Source of the DNA: a candidate division WOR-3 bacterium
GTDB taxonomy: Bacteria > Hydrothermota > Tepidihabitantia > SM23-42 > JAOAFX01
Assembly (NCBI GenBank): GCA_039802265.1
Contig: JBDRWI010000001.1
Span: 1-64,000 of the forward strand
Direction: 5' to 3'
DNA: 64,000 nucleotides
This document shows positions 19,559 to 27,558 of the stretch, piece by piece. The translations under genes and the position numbers were made by a program. The notes beneath the pieces were generated by a model. That model was not told the DNA's origin and made no database searches. It saw only the letters and a program-made list of their open reading frames with translations. Positions within the stretch are counted from its first letter, which is position 1; each line of letters opens with the position of its first letter.

Positions 19559-20665
19559 ATGAACCGATTTTACGAAACCCAGACCTTATTATTTTTACTC
19601 CTTTTAACAAATTGCCTTCCATACATCGCAAAGAGAGAAAGAATTAAACAAATACGCATTGCTATCCTGAGTGGGATTGATTCGGTTGTAGTAACTGGAA
19701 TTAACCAGAAAGAATTCCTCCAAGATTATAAAATTTCAGTCAGTGATTCACTTCCTTTGTTCTTAAAAACAAAGGAAGGAAGGGTGATGGTGAATGGTAA
19801 ACCATACCGCGGGAATCTTGAAATTAAAAATATAAATAATAAAATCTGGGTAATCAATGTAGTAGATATTGAAGACTATCTTAAAGGTGTTGTTCCCTGT
19901 GAAATTGGCAGGATAACAAAAGACTTGATGGAAGCAGCGAAGGCCCAAGCAATTGCTGCAAGAACCTATGCCTATAGTCATATAAACCAATATGCTCAAT
20001 TGGGCTTTGACTTATATGCCACAACCCGGGACCAGCTCTATGGCGGAATAAATGCCGAGGATGAATTGATTAGTACGGCAATTAAAAAAACCAGCGGATT
20101 TATTTTAACCTATCATGGACAACCAATCCAGGCAAAATATCATTCTACCTGCGGTGGCAGGACCGCTGACTTCAATGATGCCTGGAGGGGCATCGGACCT
20201 CCTTACTTAAAAAGCGTAGTATGTGAATTTTGTCAGATTAGCCCCCACTACTACTGGGAGAAGAGAATGCACAAAGATGATTTCTTGAAAAATTTAAAGA
20301 TAAATCTGCAGAAAATTGGAATCAAAATATCAGAAAAAGAGATAATCAGGGGATTCCGTTTCAAAAGAAATCCCAAAAGTGGACGGGTTATAAGTACAAT
20401 CGTCCTGACCGATTCAGGCGAATATAAGGTTGACCTTTATAATATCCGGACCCTCTTTGGTACACCCGATGACCCAAATGGACTGTTGAAATCTAATTAT
20501 TTCAGTCTTGAGGTGCAGAATGATAGTATTATCATTAAAGGCAGAGGCTACGGACATGGTGTAGGCATGTGTCAGTTCGGAGCAATTGGTATGGCAAAAA
20601 GGGGAAAGAATTATAAAGAAATTCTAATGCATTATTATCCTAACACAAAACTGGAGAGACATTAG
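19559..20665 (+). CDS. SpoIID/LytB domain protein (probable lipoprotein)
   Basis: EDYLKGVVPCE, KAQAIAARTY, YHSTCGG and GYGHGVGMCQ motifs. Confidence 0.92.
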   Translation: MNRFYETQTLLFLLLLTNCLPYIAKRERIKQIRIAILSGIDSVVVTGINQKEFLQDYKISVSDSLPLFLKTKEGRVMVNGKPYRGNLEIKNINNKIWVINVVDIEDYLKGVVPCEIGRITKDLMEAAKAQAIAARTYAYSHINQYAQLGFDLYATTRDQLYGGINAEDELISTAIKKTSGFILTYHGQPIQAKYHSTCGGRTADFNDAWRGIGPPYLKSVVCEFCQISPHYYWEKRMHKDDFLKNLKINLQKIGIKISEKEIIRGFRFKRNPKSGRVISTIVLTDSGEYKVDLYNIRTLFGTPDDPNGLLKSNYFSLEVQNDSIIIKGRGYGHGVGMCQFGAIGMAKRGKNYKEILMHYYPNTKLERH

Positions 20666-20680
20666 AATCTTATATGTTCT

Positions 20681-20721
20681 AGATTGCCGCATCCTGACTT
20701 TTGCTCGGGTTCGCAATGACA
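20681..20721. repeat. REP-like palindromic element (AGATTGC...TCGCAATGAC type)
   Basis: AGATTGCCGC-ATCCTGA-cttttgc-TCGGGT-TCGCAATGACA forms a hairpin in the intergenic space. Confidence 0.55.
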
Positions 20722-20738
20722 TTAATTTGCATCAGGTA

Positions 20739-20766
20739 TTGACAAACATAAATTTATGGATATAAT
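20739..20766 (+). promoter_or_regulatory. promoter TTGACA-N16-TATAAT
   Basis: Perfect hexamers; AGGAGG SD before GTG 20791. Confidence 0.8.
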
Positions 20767-20790
20767 TTGTTCTTAAAAGAAGGAGGAACT

Positions 20791-21837
20791 GTGAAAAATC
20801 ACAAAATAGGGCCCATCTTACTGCTTGGCTGTATAATACCATTTATTTTACATGGAGCAAAGGTAGGTGTTTTGCATCTGAAGGCGGTCGGTGTCGCAAC
20901 TGAAACAGCCGAGGCAGTTGCTGGTCTGCTTGTAAGTGACCTAACAAACTATGGTCATCAGGTATTGAATCCGGAGGCAATTGATGCGACAGCTGGCGAA
21001 AGGGTAGAGTGTTACGAAAGTGGCTGTGCGGCTGAGGTTGGTTTTAAGGCAAAGGTAGAACGGATGATATTCGGCTCGGTTTCAAGATTGGGTGAGAAGT
21101 ATATTGTTCAAGTTTCTGTGGTCAATGTTTCTACAAGGGAAGTTGTATGGTCAGGCAGCCTTGCCGCGAAATCCGCAGAAGACCTTGATACGGTTGTTAA
21201 GAGAATTGCCAAGGCGATTGCTGAGGGTAAAAAAGTAGAAGAGGGTGCTGAAGTTGGCGCAATAACAGAGCAGGAGGTAACTCAGGAGGTAAAGAGAAAG
21301 GAGACTTTCTATGCGACCGGTTTCAATTTTATTTATGGCTTACCTATAAGCGGTTATGCCGGTGCAAGCGGCCTTATGGGAGGAAGCCTGATAAATTGGT
21401 ATGAAACCCCACATTTCGCAGTTGAAACGGGTTTATCTTATTTTTGGTCACTCAACGCCATGACTACGAGTGGCGTTACAACAGAACCGAGTGTCATTGA
21501 TCAAGGCTTTAACCTCTCTTTCTTCTATCTATTCTCTAAAGAAGATTTTTCACCCTATGTGGGCGGTGGTCTGGGTCCGCGCTTTATCGAAATGAAGGCC
21601 GGCACTATGGATTACGGGATGAATTTTGGTATGACATTCAATGCTGGTGGTGGTTTGGCTCTTTTACGGACCTATGATTTTCACATCCTGATAGACGGAA
21701 GAATTATATTAAATCTTGCGGAAATACCCCATTATGAGGGACCTCACAGTAGTTTCAATTTTAGCGCCGGCATTGTCTATAGACACCGTGGTAAAGGCGG
21801 CTGTGCTCGCGGTTGTGGAGGCGGTGGTTGTTTTTAG
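20791..21837 (+). CDS. exported protein: CsgG/TolB-N-like alpha/beta domain + OMP beta-barrel + Gly/Cys tail
   Basis: CYESGCAAEVG..GSVSRLGEKYIV domain; barrel strands SPYVGGGLG and FNAGGGL; ends GKGGCARGCGGGGCF. Confidence 0.65.
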   Translation: MKNHKIGPILLLGCIIPFILHGAKVGVLHLKAVGVATETAEAVAGLLVSDLTNYGHQVLNPEAIDATAGERVECYESGCAAEVGFKAKVERMIFGSVSRLGEKYIVQVSVVNVSTREVVWSGSLAAKSAEDLDTVVKRIAKAIAEGKKVEEGAEVGAITEQEVTQEVKRKETFYATGFNFIYGLPISGYAGASGLMGGSLINWYETPHFAVETGLSYFWSLNAMTTSGVTTEPSVIDQGFNLSFFYLFSKEDFSPYVGGGLGPRFIEMKAGTMDYGMNFGMTFNAGGGLALLRTYDFHILIDGRIILNLAEIPHYEGPHSSFNFSAGIVYRHRGKGGCARGCGGGGCF

Positions 21838-21853
21838 AGGTATTTGGAATCCC

Positions 21854-21882
21854 AAAAGGACATACCGCTTTGTATCCTTTTT
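21854..21882. terminator. possible terminator between convergent genes
   Basis: Imperfect hairpin AAAAGGAcaTAC...GTATCCTTTTT. Confidence 0.4.
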
Positions 21883-21930
21883 CATTTATCTACTAATTTT
21901 TTTTAGATTCCTTAAAGAATCACTCAAATT

Positions 21931-22497
21931 CTAAATTAAACTCGTGTTATCTTCTTTTTTGCCAATCAACTTCTTTAATATGTATCCGGTCATTACTTTA
22001 TTTAAATGGTCAAAACCGGCCGAGCCGGCGAGGTCGGTGGCTTTAATTTCGGTTATGTAGCATTCATCGGTGTCAATATTCTTCTTCTCCACCTTTATCG
22101 GGTATTCAGCATCAAATGTAATCATAAACTCCTTTAAGGGCACATTGAATAGACCCTTTTCTGAATATTCAGAAATCAAACCCTCGATCTCTCGGCGATT
22201 GTGCGCGAGTCTTTCAATCTCTTTTTCAATCTCGGCACGGGCAGTGGTTATCTTGCCAAAAAGGAACTGCAATTCGACAGGACCTTTGATTTGTTTTAAC
22301 CTCTCCGCTCCCTTCTTTAATGCCCCCTCAAGAATTGTAATCGCCTTCTGAATCCTTTCCTGTGCCTCAATCAAGCAGGCAAGGTATGCCTCAACCACCT
22401 GAAAAGAAGGCATCTTTTCTAAATTATCATAGAACAACTGTCCAAATGGCTTACAGAAGGGCCCCTTTTCAGTATCTTCTATATCTTCAAAGGGCAT
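21931..22497 (-). CDS. hypothetical protein (coiled-coil rich)
   Basis: 188-aa ORF with GGAGG SD, downstream of the DUF1015 gene; no motif recognised. Confidence 0.7.
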   Translation of the reverse strand: MPFEDIEDTEKGPFCKPFGQLFYDNLEKMPSFQVVEAYLACLIEAQERIQKAITILEGALKKGAERLKQIKGPVELQFLFGKITTARAEIEKEIERLAHNRREIEGLISEYSEKGLFNVPLKEFMITFDAEYPIKVEKKNIDTDECYITEIKATDLAGSAGFDHLNKVMTGYILKKLIGKKEDNTSLI

Positions 22498-22554
22498 ATC
22501 GCCTCCTACATGTATCTCTTTTTAAACGACTTCTACAATATTCTCTTTCTACCT

Positions 22555-23829
22555 TTAAACTAATCCCAGGTCATAGAATACAAGACCGGATATCAATTTG
22601 GGATAAAAGTCCGTTGACTTCTGGGGCATTCTTTCCTTTTGCATTGCGACATTTCGAACCTGCTCCGGTCTGGTTGGATTCATTAAAAAAGCAAACTGGA
22701 ATTCTTTATTATCAACCCTCTTTATTGTTTCTTCTATTCCCCTTTGATATCTTATATATTCTTCAATCCTTTCTGGTTTTATACCAAGGGTATTCTCAAT
22801 TAAGAGTGTATGGAGCACTGCAACATCTAAATTCTGATAATCTTTGCTTCTTTCCGGAAGTAGTTCCCCCATTATCTTTTCATCTTTCAACTTTAGCAGA
22901 TAACTCCCCGAAATAGAATAAAATACAAAGGCCTGCGCCTTTTCTCTGGTAATCTCGGATTTTATACTTTCTTTTTCAATCTTTCTTATATCAAAGTATT
23001 TGCTGGCTTTCTTCAGAAACGAATCAAGATTGAAATCCCTAAGGTTCATCACCAGTCTATGGGTTGGGAGTATAACCAATCCTGGATCCTGAATGTTTAC
23101 AAGTGTCACCATTTTGTAATTTGCCGGGTGGTTTTTATCTATTGCACCAAGTTCATTACGATAATTCAATGCGGTTTCATAACGGTGATGACCATCAGCA
23201 ATTACCAGCACTGCCTCTTTTAAAACATTCTGGATATTCTTAATGGTATCTTTATCAGAGACCTGCCATAATTTGTGTGTAACATTACGGTCGTCCACCA
23301 CATCAATAATTGGTTCTCTTTTGCATTTCTCTTCCAACATCTCCATAACTCGATTCCGGGGGTCGGTATATAGGAGAAAGACGGGTTCAAAATCCTTTTT
23401 GGTTATCCGGGTAAGATTCAACCGGTCTTCTTTAGGCTTTGACAGGGTCTTTTCATGTGGCAGAATATTCCCCTTGCCCAACTCTTCCAGCCGCAAACAA
23501 CAGATGAATCCCTTTCTTATGTAATCCTTTCCTTCCAGAGAAAATTCCTGGAAATAAGGATACAAAGAATCCTCTTTATCCTGAATAAATACCTTCTCTT
23601 TAAGCCAATCTTCCACAAATCTCTTGGCATCTTGGTATTCCTTATTGCGGTCGTGTCCATCCGCATAATGAGTCAAAACCAAATTGACATAATTATAGGG
23701 ACTGCGTCTTTTGTATTCCTTCTCCATCTCATCGGTAATCTGGTCATAGGGCTGGGTAATAACATCCGCAAGATTTCTAATCTTCTTCAGATTATATCTA
23801 ATCCCCTTAAATGGCTTGACCTCAGGCAT
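22555..23829 (-). CDS. DUF1015 family protein
   Basis: PFKGIRY, PYD, ILPHEKT, IADGHHRY and MPQKSTDFYPK motifs. Confidence 0.9.
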   Translation of the reverse strand: MPEVKPFKGIRYNLKKIRNLADVITQPYDQITDEMEKEYKRRSPYNYVNLVLTHYADGHDRNKEYQDAKRFVEDWLKEKVFIQDKEDSLYPYFQEFSLEGKDYIRKGFICCLRLEELGKGNILPHEKTLSKPKEDRLNLTRITKKDFEPVFLLYTDPRNRVMEMLEEKCKREPIIDVVDDRNVTHKLWQVSDKDTIKNIQNVLKEAVLVIADGHHRYETALNYRNELGAIDKNHPANYKMVTLVNIQDPGLVILPTHRLVMNLRDFNLDSFLKKASKYFDIRKIEKESIKSEITREKAQAFVFYSISGSYLLKLKDEKIMGELLPERSKDYQNLDVAVLHTLLIENTLGIKPERIEEYIRYQRGIEETIKRVDNKEFQFAFLMNPTRPEQVRNVAMQKERMPQKSTDFYPKLISGLVFYDLGLV

Positions 23830-23899
23830 TTAACCTCCTTATATTAACAGAATCTAATCCTCGCTATTGCTCGGATAGATTTGGTTTGAAACAGGAGAA

Positions 23900-23975
23900 T
23901 TCCTCAAAAACCCCAACCCCATCCCTTTGCGCCTTCTTACAAAGGGAGAGGATAAGTTTGAGGATTTATGCAAAA
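23900..23975. repeat. nested inverted repeat (REP/MITE-like or terminator) between serA and the DUF1015 gene
   Basis: TCCTCAAA...TTTGAGGA encloses TCCCTTTG...CAAAGGGA, followed by TTATGCAAAA. Confidence 0.4.
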
Positions 23976-23993
23976 TTCCATCGGCCCTTGTGT

Positions 23994-24893
23994 CTAATTT
24001 TGCAAGGCGTCTCTTACTAATTCTGCAATCTGAACTCCGGCACGCTGTTGTCCCTCTTCGGTCTGGGCACCGATATGGGGAGTAAGGATGACCTGTTCCA
24101 GACTGAAGAGCTTATGCTCCTTTGCCGGTTCCACCTCATAGACATCCAGACAGGCAACCTTTACCTTTCCCGAGACAATTGCATCATAAAGGGCATCTTC
24201 ATCAATTACTCCACCACGAGCACAATTCACAATCACAACACCCGTCTTCATCTTCTCAAAGGCCTGCTTATTTAAAATATGAGTGGTCTCTTTTGTCTTG
24301 GGAATATGTAATGAGATGAAATCTGATTCTTTTAGGAGTGTATCAAAGTCAACAAGTTTTGCATAATCAGATGATTTAACCAGCGGGTCATAGGCAATTA
24401 CCTCCATTCCCAGTGCCTTTGCCCTTTTAGCAAGTTCAGTTCCAATTCTACCAATGCCAATAATTCCCAATGTCTTACCAAAAAGTTCAAAGCCATGGAA
24501 TTTCTTCTTCTCCCATTTGCCCGCTTTGGTGGAAATGGTCGCCTGGGGTATCATTCTTGCCGCGGAAAGCATCATTCCCAGGGCAAGTTCAGCTACGGAT
24601 ATTGATGTTGCCGCTGGGGTATTGACAACCTTTATTCCCCGTGACTTTGCCGCCTCCGCATCAACATTATCCAGACCAACCCCCGCCCTTCCAATCACCT
24701 TTAAATTCTTGCCTGCTTCAATTACCTCTTTTGTAACCTTTGTTGCACTACGGACAATAATGGCATCAAAATCAGGAATTGTTTTAATCAACTCATCCGG
24801 TGCCATCCCGGTCTTCTCTACCACCTCAAAACCGCTCTTTTTTAAGATTTCAATCCCCTCTCTGGCAATTGGGTCAGAAATTAAGACCTTCAT
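23994..24893 (-). CDS. serA: D-3-phosphoglycerate dehydrogenase, short form without ACT domain
   Basis: VRSATKVT, GRAGVGLDNVD, GIGRIG, NCARGG and TPHIGAQT motifs; promoter TTGATT-N16-TATAAT at 24983-24956. Confidence 0.85.
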   Translation of the reverse strand: MKVLISDPIAREGIEILKKSGFEVVEKTGMAPDELIKTIPDFDAIIVRSATKVTKEVIEAGKNLKVIGRAGVGLDNVDAEAAKSRGIKVVNTPAATSISVAELALGMMLSAARMIPQATISTKAGKWEKKKFHGFELFGKTLGIIGIGRIGTELAKRAKALGMEVIAYDPLVKSSDYAKLVDFDTLLKESDFISLHIPKTKETTHILNKQAFEKMKTGVVIVNCARGGVIDEDALYDAIVSGKVKVACLDVYEVEPAKEHKLFSLEQVILTPHIGAQTEEGQQRAGVQIAELVRDALQN

Positions 24894-25174
24894 AGCTTGC
24901 CTCCTTTATCTCTGTTCTTCAATTCATCTGACTGCCGTCTATGACCTTTTCACAGATTATAATCAATCCTGCGGAAAAATCAAGGGTGTTACAATATCCG
25001 TTCACAATCAAATCACCTTCTTGTCAATTTCAAAAATATCAAAAAGGGTGTCAAAAAATTTTACTTTTGAAAGATGCGTAAATCTGCTTTAAGATTGCAT
25101 TTTGATGGACTGTGTGAATAATTTTTAGATTAACTTCTCCAAAGACGCAATCTAAAAGTGCCTAATAGTCACAA

Positions 25175-27424
25175 TCAAGTAATTTTCTGCAACAATCTCC
25201 TTGCTTCCTCAGAATCTGGCATTATCTTTAAAACCCTTTGCAGTATCCTTTTTGCATCGTTTTTATCTCCATGCTCAAGGCAAATTTTTGCAAAATTTAT
25301 TGCCTCGGATTCAAAATGGTTTAAAATCATAAATCGGTAGTTTAGTGACCACTCATCAAAATTCTTCCTGAAGGGTTGACCACGAAATAACCGAAACGCC
25401 CGCCAGAAGTGTTCACGGGCAATTTCCCACTTCTCGCCGTTTAAGAATACCTTTGCACCCGCAAGCAATTGTTTAAATTCATCAATATCAGTTGCAAAAT
25501 GAATCCCCTGATTTATTATATAAGAATCGGCGCCAACGCGTGCCCAGTTAACCAAGTAGGTTGGGATTTTCAACGACTTCTTTATTCTGACTAAGAGATG
25601 TGATAGATTTTGTTTTGGTGTCTCACTTTTAGGCCAGAAATTTTGAAAAATGTCTACCAATGGCACCTTCTTGCCGGGACTATCGGCCTTTATTGCAAAA
25701 TGAATCAAAAATGCTGTATCCTTGGGCGATAATTTCACCTTTAAATAATCATTTTTTCTATAAACCACTAAATCCCCAAGTATCCTCAGATTGTAGACCA
25801 AAATATTACGATTAAATACGGGCAGAGTAAACATTGACCGGGGTATTTTAGGATTTCTCCCGATTTCCATTTCACGGATGACCAAGTGAGAAAAAAAGGG
25901 CACGAGCAATAGAAAATCTGAGACCAAATATTTACGATGAGCGAGGGCAAGTGCTTTTTGATAATTACTACTTCTCAGTAGAGCAGCGATCTTTATCAAC
26001 GGCATGTAATTCCCCTTGATTATCTGATTCAATTTTTCTTTTGATTGTTTTGAAACAATTAATGTAATAATCTTTCCCCAGTGTCTTGACTTCTTTGATA
26101 GATGGTAGATGCCTTTTAGCACACCCATACCCTCCTGTATCATGCCCAGTGAACTATAGGCACTTGCCATCACTAAATAAGCAGCTGATGCGATGTTAAT
26201 CAATTCTTCTTTCTTTGCTGCTTTGAGGGATTCCAATGACAACGATATCGCCGCCTCCGGTTTGCCATTTATTAAAGAATAGACACCTTCAAAGAAAAGA
26301 CGCATTGCCTCAGCACCCCAAACCTGAAATTCCGTTCTTTTGAAGATTGACATATCTTTAAGATAATCCCCTTTATGCCAACGAATAATAGTCAAAAAAT
26401 TCATATATTTTGCCTTATTCTCTTCCGATGCCTGACTCAATGCCTGACAAAACAATCTTTCTGCGTGACGGTAATCCTGAACCCAGGTATAAAGTGTAGC
26501 AAGCATCGCAGGAAACTCACTCGGCAGAAGCCTTCGGTATCTTATAATTCGCCCGCACTCTCTAATAATTTTCCATGCACCATTGTAATCCAGGGCGATC
26601 ACCCGGGCAATACCCTCTCCAATTAGAATTACATATTTAAAAAGAGAAAGTATATTGGAAAAATAATTACCGCACGGCTTAAGAACTTTTTTGATTTTTT
26701 TGATTTTATCGTTGAACTCTTTCCATTTACCCGCATATGATAATGCCCCACCCAGCATAATTCCAGCTTTTAATGATGAAAAGTATAAATTATCTTCTAT
26801 ACATTCGCTGTAGAGAGATTCCATTTTATCGAGAAATTCAGACAGGGGAATCTTCTGGAATAACTGGAGATACTTCTCAATGCGTCTTTTTAGGTTCAGG
26901 TATTCATCGGGAATTTTGATTAACAGTTCATTAGCCGGAAGCGCGGGGATGGAATTTAATAAATCGGCTGCCGCCGTTATATTGCCGGAATCAAAAAGCC
27001 TGATTGCCTGATGATACTTCATTTTCGCCTCTTTATTCCAAGTTGTACACTGGGTAAGATTGGGATCGAGTGAATTCTTATCAAACCCGGCATAACCATA
27101 TCTCTTCCAGATATTCCAGATTCCTTTTAGAGAAATCTTTATTCCTGAGCTTCTTAAAATTTTTTGTGCCCGTCTTACGGTTAACGAAGGATTGTTTTCT
27201 TTCAAAAATGCAATCTTCTCTTCTGTTGCGCGCTCAATCCTATTCCAAGGTCTATTGTAGTTACTCAGAAGACCAAACTCTCCATGGATTCGGTATATCT
27301 TAAGCCACTTATAAACCGTGCGCGGATGAACATTCCATTTCACGGCGGTCTTGGCAATAGACATTCCATTGTTTAAATGATCCTGAACTGCTGAAAGACG
27401 GAAAGAAAATGGTCGGTCGCCCAT
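25175..27424 (-). CDS. putative transcriptional regulator: transposase-type double HTH + TPR + SARP winged helix + BTAD
   Basis: N-terminal SIAKTAVKWNVHPRTVYKWLKIYRIHGEFGL..RP...ISLKGIWNIWKRYG; C-terminal LRILGDL, FWPKS..NLSHLLVRIKKSL and TDIDEF..LFRGQPF..EW. Start placed at ATG 27424, downstream of promoter 27462-27435. Confidence 0.75.
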   Translation of the reverse strand: MGDRPFSFRLSAVQDHLNNGMSIAKTAVKWNVHPRTVYKWLKIYRIHGEFGLLSNYNRPWNRIERATEEKIAFLKENNPSLTVRRAQKILRSSGIKISLKGIWNIWKRYGYAGFDKNSLDPNLTQCTTWNKEAKMKYHQAIRLFDSGNITAAADLLNSIPALPANELLIKIPDEYLNLKRRIEKYLQLFQKIPLSEFLDKMESLYSECIEDNLYFSSLKAGIMLGGALSYAGKWKEFNDKIKKIKKVLKPCGNYFSNILSLFKYVILIGEGIARVIALDYNGAWKIIRECGRIIRYRRLLPSEFPAMLATLYTWVQDYRHAERLFCQALSQASEENKAKYMNFLTIIRWHKGDYLKDMSIFKRTEFQVWGAEAMRLFFEGVYSLINGKPEAAISLSLESLKAAKKEELINIASAAYLVMASAYSSLGMIQEGMGVLKGIYHLSKKSRHWGKIITLIVSKQSKEKLNQIIKGNYMPLIKIAALLRSSNYQKALALAHRKYLVSDFLLLVPFFSHLVIREMEIGRNPKIPRSMFTLPVFNRNILVYNLRILGDLVVYRKNDYLKVKLSPKDTAFLIHFAIKADSPGKKVPLVDIFQNFWPKSETPKQNLSHLLVRIKKSLKIPTYLVNWARVGADSYIINQGIHFATDIDEFKQLLAGAKVFLNGEKWEIAREHFWRAFRLFRGQPFRKNFDEWSLNYRFMILNHFESEAINFAKICLEHGDKNDAKRILQRVLKIMPDSEEARRLLQKIT

Positions 27425-27434
27425 TTGTGGAAAC

Positions 27435-27462
27435 ATTGTATATAAAAATTTATCTGTGTCAA
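27435..27462 (-). promoter_or_regulatory. promoter TTGACA-N16-TACAAT
   Basis: Lies inside the ORF-track N-terminal extension, which implies the real start is ATG 27424. Confidence 0.7.
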
Positions 27463-27558
27463 GTAACCTTCCTGGTGAAATCGCATTTAACGAAAAATAA
27501 TATACCATAATTTATCCGGCAGCAAAAATGTGACATCAGGCTAAATATTTTTCTATAA

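Noticed and set aside
25175..27508. Intact IS element or transposase
   Set aside because: Only the HTH part resembles a transposase; I found no DDE domain, enclosing terminal repeats or target duplication.
27425..27508. N-terminal extension of the regulator given in the ORF track
   Set aside because: It contains a consensus promoter (27462-27435), so translation most likely starts at 27424.
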